From contig OZ361257.1 of NCBI GenBank assembly GCA_977018835.1, positions 806,001 to 870,000 of the forward strand: DNA of 64,000 nt. The letters run 5' to 3'. The stretch comes from Minutocellus sp. GHC0000111 (lineage: Eukaryota). Below the pieces are notes generated by a model that searched no databases, was not told where the DNA came from, and saw only the letters and a program-made list of their open reading frames with translations. Of the stretch, positions 45,911 to 57,122 are shown piece after piece; positions within the stretch are counted from its first letter, which is position 1, and each line of letters begins with the position of its first letter. The translations under genes were made by a program, and so were the position numbers.

Positions 45911-47371
45911 ATGGTGCGGGTCTCCTCTCTCGCCGTTGCGGCGGCGGCGGCGATGCTGCTGGCATCTCCCTCCGTTGCCAAAACTTCTCTCAACTCACTT
46001 CACGCTCGCACTGGCCGTGCCTCCAAGCCGGCTCTCTTGGCTCCTCGTGCTTCGCCTTCCTCGTGGACGTCCGTCCCTCGAGGTGGAGCCGATGCCACCG
46101 CTGCTGCGGTTGATGCCGCAGCCAAGACGTCGGCAATCTCCTCCGTGGGTTCCATGGTGGGCAATTCCGTCGATGGTCTCAAAACCTACATGAACGGTGC
46201 CAAGGGCGATACCCTTCTCCTCCTGGCTACTACGGCTCTGAACACACCGCTATGCAAAGCACTTAGCGTGTCGCCAATATTGGGATTTCTCATGCTTGGA
46301 CTTGCCGCTGGTCCCAAGGGCTTCAACCTCGTCAAGGATGTGCATACGACGGAGATGATTGCCGATTTGGGCGTGGTCCTGTTCTTGTTTGAGATGGGCA
46401 TCCACCTCAGTTTCGATACGCTGATGAAGATGAGAAAGGACGTATTTGGTTTGGGTGGCAGTCAATTCCTCATCACGGCGCTAGCTGTGGCCGCCATTGC
46501 CGGATACTGTGGCCAGCCCACGGCCGCCATGGTGGTCATCGGCGGCAGTATTGCTCTATCTTCGTCGGCATTCGTCCTTCAGCTGCTCAAGGATAAAGAT
46601 GAGATGGGATCCCAGTTTGGTAAGAGTTCGTTTGGCGTTCTCCTTCTCCAAGATCTCGCCGTGGTTCCGTTGCTGGTCGTTACACAAATTCTTGGTGGAG
46701 ACAACAGTGCCGGTGTTGGCGCTGCCGTTGGACAGGCCGTCGTTCAAGCCACATTGGCCTTGACCACCATTATCTTGGCTGGCAAGTATCTGCTCAATCC
46801 CTTCTTCAAGCTGGTCGCCGAGGCAGACAACCAGGATGCCTTCGTTGGCGCCATCCTGGCAACAATTCTGGGCATGTCCTTCCTGACGGAGGGTCTTGGA
46901 CTTAGCAATACCCTTGGTGCTTTCCTTGCCGGTGTTCTCCTTTCAGAGACCAAGTACCGCCATCAGATTGAGACCGAAATCTCCCCCTTTAGAGGTATTC
47001 TCGTTGGTCTTTTCTTCTTCACGGTTGGCTTCGAGATCGATCTTAACTTGATCGGGTCTAAGCCCGCTCTCATTGGAGGCATCGTTGCTGGAATCATCTC
47101 CCTCAAGGCTGTGATTGCCACCGCTCTGGCCATGGCATTTGGACTTGGCAAGGCCACATCTCAGCGAGTTGGGTTGATCCTTTCGCAGGGCGGAGAATTC
47201 GCCTTTGTCGCCTTCCGTCTCGCGAGATCCTTCGGCATTCTGGACGAGGACACAACCAAGCTTATGCTTACCTGCGTCAGTTTGACCATGGCCGTCACGC
47301 CCTTCCTGGAAGAATTTGGAGCCAAGATGGCCACAAAGATTGAGGAAGATGAGGCCAAGAAGATTGCCTGA
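45911..47371 (+). CDS. CPA2/KefC-type K+/H+ antiporter (KEA-like) without a C-terminal KTN domain
   Basis: LGVVLFLFEMG, ALSSSAFVLQLL, LLLQDLAVVP, LGAFLAGVLLSET, LSQGGEFAFV; N-terminal signal peptide. Confidence 0.92.
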   Translation: MVRVSSLAVAAAAAMLLASPSVAKTSLNSLHARTGRASKPALLAPRASPSSWTSVPRGGADATAAAVDAAAKTSAISSVGSMVGNSVDGLKTYMNGAKGDTLLLLATTALNTPLCKALSVSPILGFLMLGLAAGPKGFNLVKDVHTTEMIADLGVVLFLFEMGIHLSFDTLMKMRKDVFGLGGSQFLITALAVAAIAGYCGQPTAAMVVIGGSIALSSSAFVLQLLKDKDEMGSQFGKSSFGVLLLQDLAVVPLLVVTQILGGDNSAGVGAAVGQAVVQATLALTTIILAGKYLLNPFFKLVAEADNQDAFVGAILATILGMSFLTEGLGLSNTLGAFLAGVLLSETKYRHQIETEISPFRGILVGLFFFTVGFEIDLNLIGSKPALIGGIVAGIISLKAVIATALAMAFGLGKATSQRVGLILSQGGEFAFVAFRLARSFGILDEDTTKLMLTCVSLTMAVTPFLEEFGAKMATKIEEDEAKKIA

Positions 47372-47380
47372 TGAATAGGT

Positions 47381-47637
47381 CTACTAGGGATCCCTAGATC
47401 TGATCTACTACGTAGATAGATTCTAGTAGCTAGGTACATGTTGTATCGAACGGTGAAGTATTTTTTACTCCCTGCTGGACGCTGTGATATAGGAATCCTA
47501 GAGTACAAGTAGAGAATAAATTTGAAAAGATCTACGAGGCTCGTACATGTGAACTGGCTGGCCGGTTAATGTACCTCATGAGTGAAGTTCTGCAGTAGAT
47601 CTACCGGTAGACTATGGCCGGTACATGTAGATCTAGG
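47381..47637. repeat. Cluster of short perfect palindromes 3' of the KEA gene
   Basis: CTAGGGATCCCTAG 47384-47397, TACGAG-G-CTCGTA 47533-47545, GTAGATCTAC 47595-47604, TCTACCGGTAGA 47600-47611. Confidence 0.8.
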
Positions 47638-48234
47638 TCGGCTCGTCAAAAAAACAAAACGGACATGCGAGTGCACGAGTGCATGCATTTGCTTGCCATC
47701 CCAGGTCGCAGTTCAATGTGACATATGACTTGCTCGACCGAACACTGACGTCCCGCCCTCTCCTTTGGGCCAAAAATTCCGCCAAGAAGTTTTACCGCGA
47801 AGCCGGCGCCAACGGAGATTTGAGGAAGAAGTCCTGCCAAGCCAGGCAGGCGTATGAAGAAAGAAAGATAGCTCGAGTCCGCACCTGCTTGTCACATACA
47901 TTGCCATATGGGTGGAAGCTGCTCCATCCAAAGACGTCGGCCGATGTTCAGCAGCCACGGAGATCCCGACGGCAATGTGAGTTGAATTCTTGACTTGACA
48001 TGCACATCTCGCTACAATTTGTTCTGTGAGAATGAGACCGGTGGTTCGGTTCGGGGCTGTTTGTCAACCAGAACCGGATGAATCGAATCCGTGTTTGGTT
48101 TCGTTTTCTTTCCTCGCATGGCAATTAGCTTGGAATCTCATGTCTTGCTTGGTTCTCTCTCCCTCTTTCGTGCATCTCATCTCTTCATCCTCATTCTCTT
48201 CGCTCGACCATCACAAAAAAACAGATTGCCGCAC

Positions 48235-50783
48235 ATGGTGGAACCAGCGGCGAAGAGTCTCGCTCTGGCACGCCTGGTCCTCGGGCTGTGCGCCATAGCG
48301 TGGACTCGCAGGTTCCCGACCGATCCATTGCATCGCTCTACCCCCTCCGAGACAACTATATTGTTGTATCAGGCAATCGTCGGTCTCCAAAAAGTCTCAC
48401 AGATCTGTGCCTTGACACGGTCTGTCGATCCCTCCCTGATATGGACGGGGAGCTTCCACCCGGACTTCCACAGGATATTGTCGATTCCATCGTCAAATCT
48501 CTGGTCAGTCATTCTGCCTTGAACGTGACGACTCTACGCGCCCTCCGACATTGCGAGATCGGCGAGCTCAATCTCGCCGGATGCCGTGGAGTGGGCGACG
48601 ACTGGCTCCGGAAGCTGAATGAGCCCAGTTTGACCATGGGTTCTGATAGCTATGGAGAGTATGCATCTACGAACATGGAAGTGTTTGCCGATTCTATGGA
48701 TGTGGACACGTATCAGCAAGAGGCAGGACTTTCAACATGTGGCTCGCAATACGAAAGTGCCACCGGCTTCGCATTTGCTCATCCACCTCCTCAAGATCAA
48801 CAGAACAACGCGAAGGGGAGCTGTGATGCGTCTTCTTGTTCTACCTCTTCCTTTGTTTCGGCAATCCAAGACGGAGATGCCAATATGGAACCCCAACAAT
48901 TTCCGGCTACTCCCACCAAGATGCCTGCGTCTTCTGAACCAACCAATGGCTTTTTGACGCCGCAGCCAGAATACTACGATACATGTAATCACAAGCTGTA
49001 CCCCCCTCATCCTCATACGCCTTGGCCTAACATTACAACACAGCTGAAGGTCTTAGATCTTCGTGGATCACAACGTCTCACGGATCGCGGTCTTTTGCAA
49101 CTTGGCGACCTCAATGCCCTCGAAGTTGCCAAGCTTGACAATTGTCATTCCATCCAGGGGCGGGGCCTACTTGTGCTCTCCAACTCTTCGCATCTCCATA
49201 CTCTGTCGTTGGCCAACTGTCGTAGGATTACCGACGAAGCCATCGTCAACATTTCTCATCTCTTTAGCATCACTGCCCTCACCCTCGATGGGTGCCGATG
49301 CCTCACCGATCGATCTCTTGCCGCAATATCTGATCTTTGTCAGCTGCAGAAGCTTGATCTTTCTCAGTGTGACCTCATCACCAACTCCGGTCTCAACTTT
49401 CTTCGTGATTTGCAATATCTGGAGGAGCTCTCGTTGGGCTGGTGTCGCAATGTAAGCGATGATGGCATCAAAATCCTAGCCTCGCAGCCCATGCGTTGCG
49501 AAAGCCTCAAAATTTTGCGTATTGCTCGGTGCCAGATCAGTGATGAGGGCATTGAAAGTCTCGGAAAGCTGACTAATTTGCGAGAACTCAATCTGAACGG
49601 ATGCTCCAACGTGAGCAGCGCAGCTCTCGGAAATACTTTGCAGAGATTACCCAAGCTGGAAGTACTGGATGCTTCGTATTGTCCGGGAATTTTGTAAGTG
49701 AACATATGCTGCGATTTGGTGGTGGTGCGGGGATGGAAACAACGTTGTTCTGCTATTTTTGAACGTTACTTTTCTTTTACCTCACATTCTTATCTTGTTG
49801 CTTCTGATAGACGCTCTTCTTGGCAGGGCAAAATTCAGAATCTTCGGGTTCTTGAATTGTGTTACTCTGGCGTCCGCGATTCCCACCTGTCGTACCTTAC
49901 GAACCTTCCCATGCTAGAAGAGCTTAATTTGGACTCTTGTCCCGCTGGCGACTTTGCGATTTCTCATCTGGCCGAAAACAATGTCACGCCAAATCTAATG
50001 AGCCTGGACTTAGCCGATACGGACGTGACCGATGTTGGGGCTGCGCACCTTCCCAAGTTTACCAAGATGACTCGTCTGTCGCTGTTTTATTGCAATATCT
50101 CAAATGCAGGGCTCCGACATCTAGCGTCAATGCCTTCCCTCGAGGCGTTGAACTTGGATAGTCGCGACATAGGAGATGATGGCTTATCTTTTTTGTGCGG
50201 TCTCAAGAATCTCAAGTCCTTGGACTTATTTTCGGGGCGGATCACCGATGCAGGTTGCGCCCATTTGTCCAAAATTAAGTCTTTGGAATCGCTCGAACTC
50301 TGTGGTGGAGGGATCGGTGATATTGGCTGTGCTTACATTGCCTCCCTGGACAATTTGTCTTCGCTCAATCTATCTCAGAACGAGCGCATTACGAACCGAG
50401 GAGCGGCGAGCTTGGCTGCATTGACTAACCTCAAGGCTTTGAATCTTAGCAATACCAAGGTCACGTCCGCCGCTCTTCGTTTCCTTGGTGGTTTGCTCAA
50501 GCTACAGTCGCTTGCAATGTACGGGTGTAGAGGGATCGAGGACAGCGAAGGTTTGCATGCTCTTCAGCAAGAACTCCCAAGCCTCAGGTGTCTCCGTCTC
50601 AACAGCGCTAGCGATAATGACGGTGTCATCGACGCTACTTTGCTCGTAGATGATTCGTCCGACGATGAGGAAGATGAGGAGGACGATGATCAAGATGAAG
50701 ACATGCCCCCCGTTGAAGAGGAGGATGAAGAACAAGGGAATCTAGAAGAAGACCAGATGAATTGGAACCTTCAGAGAGTATAA
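48235..50783 (+). CDS. AMN1/FBXL-type leucine-rich repeat protein; probable frameshift near 48254; intron 49694-49810
   Basis: PKSLTDLCL, many LxLxxCxxITD repeats, splice ILRSSW, acidic tail. Confidence 0.88.
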
Positions 50784-51002
50784 ATCTTCCAATGTGACTA
50801 GCATATCTACTTGTCGTTATTATTCACTTGGTTGTCTTTATTGATGCTATCTTTTACATGCCCTAATAGTCAAACTTTCGATATTTGTAAAGTTATACAT
50901 GCATATGTCAATCTGCTTCTCCCTCGCTTATTTTCGATTCACACTTGTCGTCGGGCATGCTCACAATTGTACCAATGTAACCCATCACCAGCTCACAATC
51001 TT

Positions 51003-53009
51003 CTAGAGAAACCCAAGGTCACCCTTGAGAATAGGAGGGATGAAACTGACAAATCTGTACCTCTCGGTAGAGAACTTCTCGTAGACATACGTGGTCTCGG
51101 CAGAATGATTGGTATCGCAGTGCAATACATGCATCGTTCGGACGATATCCTCGAGCTCTTCCGCGGTATAGTCCGTGAAGTGCTCCATAGTTGCATCCCA
51201 AAAGAGAGAGTCGGGAGGGCTCGATGGAGGAGCGTTCTCATCGATCCCGACACTCAGACCGAATGTTGCCCTTGCGAGGTAAAGCGCAGATGCGGCAAGC
51301 ATATCCGGTTTCTGCATGGACAGTTCGGCACTGTGAGTGGCCAGCTCGAGGAAGTAAAGTGCAAGCGATTCCAGCGTCCCACGTGGTTTCGACGAGTGAG
51401 GATTCGCCAGTAGCCACCCAGAGGCTTCGAGTCTTTCATCTCGCAGCACTGCATCACTGTAGTGCGCGGTAGGATTGCTTGCGTGAAGGAAGCGGTCCAA
51501 AAAGCAAAGTGGAGTTATGGTGTGCAGCCTATAGTCGAGCAAATGGCACACATTCGACTCCAAATCGATCAAATCCTGAGTGTGCATGTTGTGTAGCGAG
51601 GCGTTGATGAAATGTTGAGGCGCATTGTGGACTTCCCACGTGGTCTCGTTCATTTTTGCGGCAACAAAGACGCAGGCCAAGGCAAATTCATGGTATTCTT
51701 CGTCCTTCATGCCACAGCGCGTAGCCAACAAACGGTCTAGGAAAGCAACGGGTGCGTGAAATGTCGAATCTTGAAGGTCCAAGGTAGCCGATACTTCCGA
51801 CATCCATTCGATGGCATGCACGCGATCGCCTTCGGTTAGGTATCGCTGAAGGGACTTGTCGGACAAAATCAAGCTCAGATCGGGCCGTTCCCCCTGCTCG
51901 TCGTCAATCCTGCGTAGCTTTGTGCAGAAATCCTTGCCGTATGCGTTGAGGAAGGATATGGTGAGCGACTGGGCGGAATTGTGATCGCGTCGGTGAGGGC
52001 ACCTGGCGGACTTGCAACACGAGGGGCTGGAGTTGATGTCGGGAATGTTCTATTCCGGGGGATGAACATGAGATAGATAATTTGGCTCAGGTGAGTGTGA
52101 CTTGAGGTCAAATCCAATGCAAAATACGTACCTAGGTATGCAGCATCAATAATGCCACATATATGTATGTTGAGGAATGGAACAACACACAAATAAATAG
52201 TCTCCACTCACCCTGTTTGCACGTCCGTTGCCCTTCTTCTCCTTGTAGCTCGTGCTCAAGCAATCATGGAACGAGTCCAACGACGAGGAGCTACGAGCGT
52301 CATTGGTGTGCCGATGCCCATGGTAGAGGTAGTAAGACGAGGCCAATGCATTGGTGCTGCTACCGTGACCACCACTGTTGCAGGCGTACATGTATGCACT
52401 TTGACCTCGACCTCCACGCCCTCCGACCACCATAATGCCATCATCGTCGGCACTGATCAGGATGCGGGAACGCTTGGTGGTCTTCTTGGTCGGCTTGGGA
52501 GGCACAACTAGAGCGTCGTTACGCCCGACGCCTCCCTTCAGCGTTTTGCTTCGGCCTCCAAGGCCACCGCTCATACCCGTATCACACGGAACCATCTGAT
52601 TCTGAGCATCCATTTCCCACTCCGACTCTTCCATCTTGGCTGGTTCGGCATGACTGGCAGGAGCAGTATGGGGTCGGCCAGTGGTGGCAATAGGACCAAT
52701 CGCCTTAGTGACTGCATCACCGGTCACATTGCCGATGGTGGAAGGAGCGGTAGTGGCAGCAGTAGCTGGCATTGTGGGAATGGTGGCCGCCTCATCCTCG
52801 TTGTTACGATGAGACGCGATAATGGCGGGACGAGTTGAGGACACCTCCGACGTGGTGACGGGGAGAGACCGCCGAACGCGACGTGGCAGCATACTATTAC
52901 TGCTACTCGCTCTGTTGGTAGTAGTGGCAGTGGTGTCGGCGTCAAGGCGGCGTGATGACCTGCTGCTGCCGGATGCTGTATCCTTCGTATCTGCCGTATT
53001 ATGATTCAT
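51003..53009 (-). CDS. Cyclin (divergent, diatom-specific type); intron 52050-52211
   Basis: DRVHAIEWMSEV, FLDRLL, ACVFVAAKMNE, ALYLARATFG, GDLGFL. Splicing gives an open NIPDIN..AYGKDF segment. Confidence 0.88.
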
Positions 53010-53393
53010 CGTGCGAATATTTATTTCGTTCGGTGGGTGCTTTTGGGCTCCAGGGGCTGAAGCAAACTTCTGTCTGCCTTTTCCTGGTGGCCTTTTGTGG
53101 TGGCTGGGCGGGGGTGTGGCAGCGGAGGCGAGAGAGTAGAGTGCTGGCGGCCGAACTCAGGTCTCCATGCCTTCTGCTTTGCTACTTGTGCTTGCTTAGC
53201 TTTCTGCGCTTCTGCTGCGCTTTGCTTTGCTTTGCTGCATGCTGATGAGATGAAAACGAGACCCCGATTTCTTCTTCGGAAACCTCATCACGGAATGGCG
53301 ACGCATAAATCGAGATCAGCCAAGAAGCAACCTGGCAACCTGCCGGTGAAGTTATTCTTCCCCCTGAAAGCAACGGCGAATGCAGAATAAAAC

Positions 53394-54566
53394 ATGAGTA
53401 AACCCCTTCGCCGGCGGAGGCTTGGCGCTGGAGGTGGTAACCCAAACGAACCCAATAATGAGCAACCGGCCGAAGCGGAGCACCACCAAGGCGTCGGTCC
53501 CTCGTCCCTCCTCGTGCCGTCGTCGTCGTCGTCGTATTCCGGGATGCCTCTTCCCCAAAGCAGTGGTTTGATCACGGAAGAAGACGCAAAAGTCCACGAT
53601 GGTCCTGGCATGTCGTTGGGTGCATCGCTGCGTCGGACGCTGACGGCCAGCGTCAAATCATTGAGAAGCACTGCCGTTATAACGACTGGTGCGGTTGAGG
53701 TTGAGGTTGGCGACGATCACGAACGGCAACAGCACCACCACTATCCTGGCCTCACAATATTGGATGCGTCCATCGAACGGAGGGACTGGGGGTCGGTCCT
53801 GTCCATAGTCAATTCACCCGCCGGGCCGTCTCTGTCGGCAAGGACGTCACATGCGCCACTGTTTTATGGTGGAAAGTTTGGCACGACACTCCTCCCGTTG
53901 CATCGGGCTTGTATGTACGATGCTCCGGCATATGTCATTGAGGCGTTGCTGAGAGCAAATCCAACTGCCGCAAGGACGGCAGAATCGACGTTCCATCGGC
54001 TGCCGATCCATTTGGCATGCAGGAGTGGATCGGCACAGGTTGGCACGGTGATGTTACTATTGGCGTCGGACAGGGATGGTGTTACAGGGAATTCCTCTTC
54101 GACATGTCGTGACAGACTGAAGCGAATACCACTGCATTACATACTGGCCAATGGCGCACATCCGACCATCGTTGACGACTTGTTGCAATTTGGCGCATCC
54201 AAATGCCTTGCCATGACTGACTCGGAGGGGTGGTTGGCTCTTCATGTGGCTTGTGGCGCGGGCGTCGACCTGGGCATCGTTGAACGATTGGTGCGGGCAC
54301 ATCCAGCGGCAATGAACAGTCTGACTCGATGGGGAAGTCGGCCATTAGATTGCGCTCGAATGTTTGTGGGGGACCGATATGCGGGTCGAATCGATGAGAT
54401 ATTTTGCCGTACTCTGAATCGTCCCTTGGATGTAACGGGTGAGATTTCAACGATGGACGCAGCACTGGGGGTAATTCATGAAGAATATGCTGGCTTTGAG
54501 GGTAAGTGGGATGGAGTAAACGAAATTGCCAGGAATGGTAGACCAACATCTCGTTTCGCAAGATAG
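53394..54566 (+). CDS. Ankyrin-like repeat protein
   Basis: LLPLHRAC, RLPIHLAC, RIPLHYIL, WLALHVAC, SRPLDCA repeats. Confidence 0.85.
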   Translation: MSKPLRRRRLGAGGGNPNEPNNEQPAEAEHHQGVGPSSLLVPSSSSSYSGMPLPQSSGLITEEDAKVHDGPGMSLGASLRRTLTASVKSLRSTAVITTGAVEVEVGDDHERQQHHHYPGLTILDASIERRDWGSVLSIVNSPAGPSLSARTSHAPLFYGGKFGTTLLPLHRACMYDAPAYVIEALLRANPTAARTAESTFHRLPIHLACRSGSAQVGTVMLLLASDRDGVTGNSSSTCRDRLKRIPLHYILANGAHPTIVDDLLQFGASKCLAMTDSEGWLALHVACGAGVDLGIVERLVRAHPAAMNSLTRWGSRPLDCARMFVGDRYAGRIDEIFCRTLNRPLDVTGEISTMDAALGVIHEEYAGFEGKWDGVNEIARNGRPTSRFAR

Positions 54567-54704
54567 GCCTCTGGGGTGCATGATAGCTGAGACGACGAAA
54601 TAAACTACCTAGGTAGCTACGTAGCTAGTAAATCCCAGTCTTCTGACCTTGCAGGGGTAGTTGCCAATAACATCAAAATTACCAAAATTGTTTTATTATA
54701 TCTT

Positions 54705-55528
54705 CTAATAAGAAGTGTCAGGTTCTATCACTGGTGGACCACTCTCAGGAACAGTGCTGTCATGCCTCAACGCAAGGTCGTGATCCTCTTCATTTTGTAC
54801 CATCTTCTCAGGATCGTACGGCTCATATCCACCATCCACGTCTTCAACATACCTCGCTCCACCCTCGGTTTCTGATCTAGCAGCTCGAAGGGTGATCATT
54901 ATCATGCTGAAAATTCCCATGCATAGTAGAGTTGAGAATAGCCACGCAAGGCCGCTCGCGCCATTTGTGCACATTCCCTTGTGCAGGGCGGAGACGTAGA
55001 TAGGGTTAAAAGTCGCGCAATCTAGGAGGTTGAGAGCAACAACAAGCAATCCATTGAATGCATGCAGTGAACTGTGCAAAATGCCAGCAAGACTCTGAAT
55101 TGTTTGCCCGCTGCCACTGCAGACACTGTTTACAGCATCTGCATTATTTTCAACGTATTCGATGAAATTGTGAACCGCACCGATGCCATCCCAGAGAGGA
55201 TCTGCCTCAGCAATGATCTCGGTAGGATTTACATCGGCTTGGCATCTCAGATAGTAGGTGAGATAGGCAAATAGAACTGGCGACATTCTGTCTTCGACAT
55301 ATTTGTTGAGCACGAACTCGATCGTTGTAACTGGACTTACGCAGAAATCGCTTCCTCCGATGGCAACTAGTTGGAATAGGCTCGCAAACAATCAGCTCAA
55401 CAAAATGAAGAGGAAGAATATTGGCAAGATCACCGCGTTCTTCATGCATGAAACGAAGCAATTTCTCATCTTTCGCCCACGCCAGGCCATAACGACTTCA
55501 ATCATCAAACATAGGGCCAGGATTCCAC
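54705..55528 (-). pseudogene. 5'-truncated Tweety/prominin-like membrane protein with an in-frame TGA at 55392-55394
   Basis: The frame continues upstream of the ORF as ILALCLMIEVVMAW..ILPIFFLFILLS*LFAS, followed by SDFCVSP and LLDC..FNPIY...C..G...L.W. No upstream exon is evident. Confidence 0.55.
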
Positions 55529-55873
55529 TATGCAAGTGCTCAGTACAATTAGCACCTACGTAGATCTAGCTAGGTAAGGTTTGGACCATGTGCAAAACGT
55601 ACCTAGGTATTTGAACGAAATAAAAGTTATATTTGAATGATATGAATAAAAATTGATGGGCGAATGAAGGCCCCCCACTCGTCGTTTACCGGTACCGGTA
55701 CTGGCCCATTCACATCATGAACGTCGCTCGTGAAATCGTGCAATGAACACATGTCAGAAGAAGTAGGAGTTCCTCCTATAAACCGTCTGCTTAAGAGATC
55801 ATTTGCACGTTCCTACTAGCTGTGTCCTGACAAGCGCGCAAAGTCTACGTTTGGACTTTGTCCTACGGGGTCC

Positions 55874-56584
55874 CTACTTGGAACCCATCCACACCAGTGC
55901 CAAATAAATTCCCAACCCTTGGAAGAGCAATGCCACCAATGCAAATTGAACCCCAACACAACGGGGCAGACAGCAGGGGATGAGCTTGTGACAAGCATGG
56001 GCATCAGATCCTTCAACAGTTCTTGTGATGAGGTCGTCATAAATATCGTACACTGAAAAGGGTCCAATGAATACTCCGTAGTACAATACCACAAAATTGA
56101 TCAGTGGATTGAACACAAACCAGTCGATCAAAATAACGGCAAGTGTGACGATTATAAATCCAACGCATAGCGCAACCATGGTGCCGTTGGGGCTGTACTT
56201 CAACGAAACCAACATGGCAAATACGAACAGACTCGCTGCACATGTTGCTGCAATGCGATCACCGGACAGCGTGACGAATACTCCACCCCAAAAGGCACCG
56301 CCGAGGTATCCGGCAGGTACGAAAATGTAGCGGATGCCACCAACGTATTTTGTGACTCCTCCCTCATTTTTATAGACCTCGATGCCACGCACCGAGCCGC
56401 CCGTCATCCAGCAGGCGCACGCGTGGGACATCTCATGGACGAATACCGCGAGAAGCTTCATGGGCTTCAAGATGGCCGTGTTCCACAGGAAGAAGTCGAT
56501 GACCATGAACCCGGCAAAGAGGCAGAGAAATATGATCTCCATAGTTCCACAGCAGTTGTCGAGCGTCCATGATGGGGCGGCCAT
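55874..56584 (-). CDS. Peptidase M50B-like membrane protein
   Basis: VFVHEMSHA (HExxH), NEGGVT, PAGYLG, YDIYDD, SDA. Confidence 0.92.
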   Translation of the reverse strand: MAAPSWTLDNCCGTMEIIFLCLFAGFMVIDFFLWNTAILKPMKLLAVFVHEMSHACACWMTGGSVRGIEVYKNEGGVTKYVGGIRYIFVPAGYLGGAFWGGVFVTLSGDRIAATCAASLFVFAMLVSLKYSPNGTMVALCVGFIIVTLAVILIDWFVFNPLINFVVLYYGVFIGPFSVYDIYDDLITRTVEGSDAHACHKLIPCCLPRCVGVQFALVALLFQGLGIYLALVWMGSK

Positions 56585-57122
56585 TGTTGCTGCTTATTGC
56601 AACCGTATAAAGCAGATTGTAATAAAAGAGCGCTTGCTTGCGTGTATCTTGTAATCGTACTGCACCAATTGCCGGTACAGTTGCAACGTTAGGCTTTCTT
56701 TGTTGGCTTGATGCAAGCCGCCGTGTCGGTCACCGTTGTGTCGCCGTCGATAAATTTTGAATTTTCGCTAAAAAGGGTGTTTGAGGTTATGATGACCTGT
56801 CAAAACCAACACGAAAAATCATCGTTGGACCTCAAAATGGAGCATCGATCTTTGAACCAAACCGCGGAGATCCACGTGAAGTCGTGAAGCGAAGGCAAAC
56901 CAATACTACTACGTAGCTACCAATTGGTAGTACTGCCAATACACACTACCGATAACGAACGAACTTGTTTTGGAGCGCGCTGTGACGAGCTGAAGGAAAA
57001 GCAAACGAACCGTGGGCTCGTTTTTTCCCTACTTTCACATTTTCCATCGATACCACCTGCACGTACCTTCGAGCCTTTGCAGGTTGTGCTAAGGGCTGAG
57101 GAATTGTAAACGATAAAGGGCG

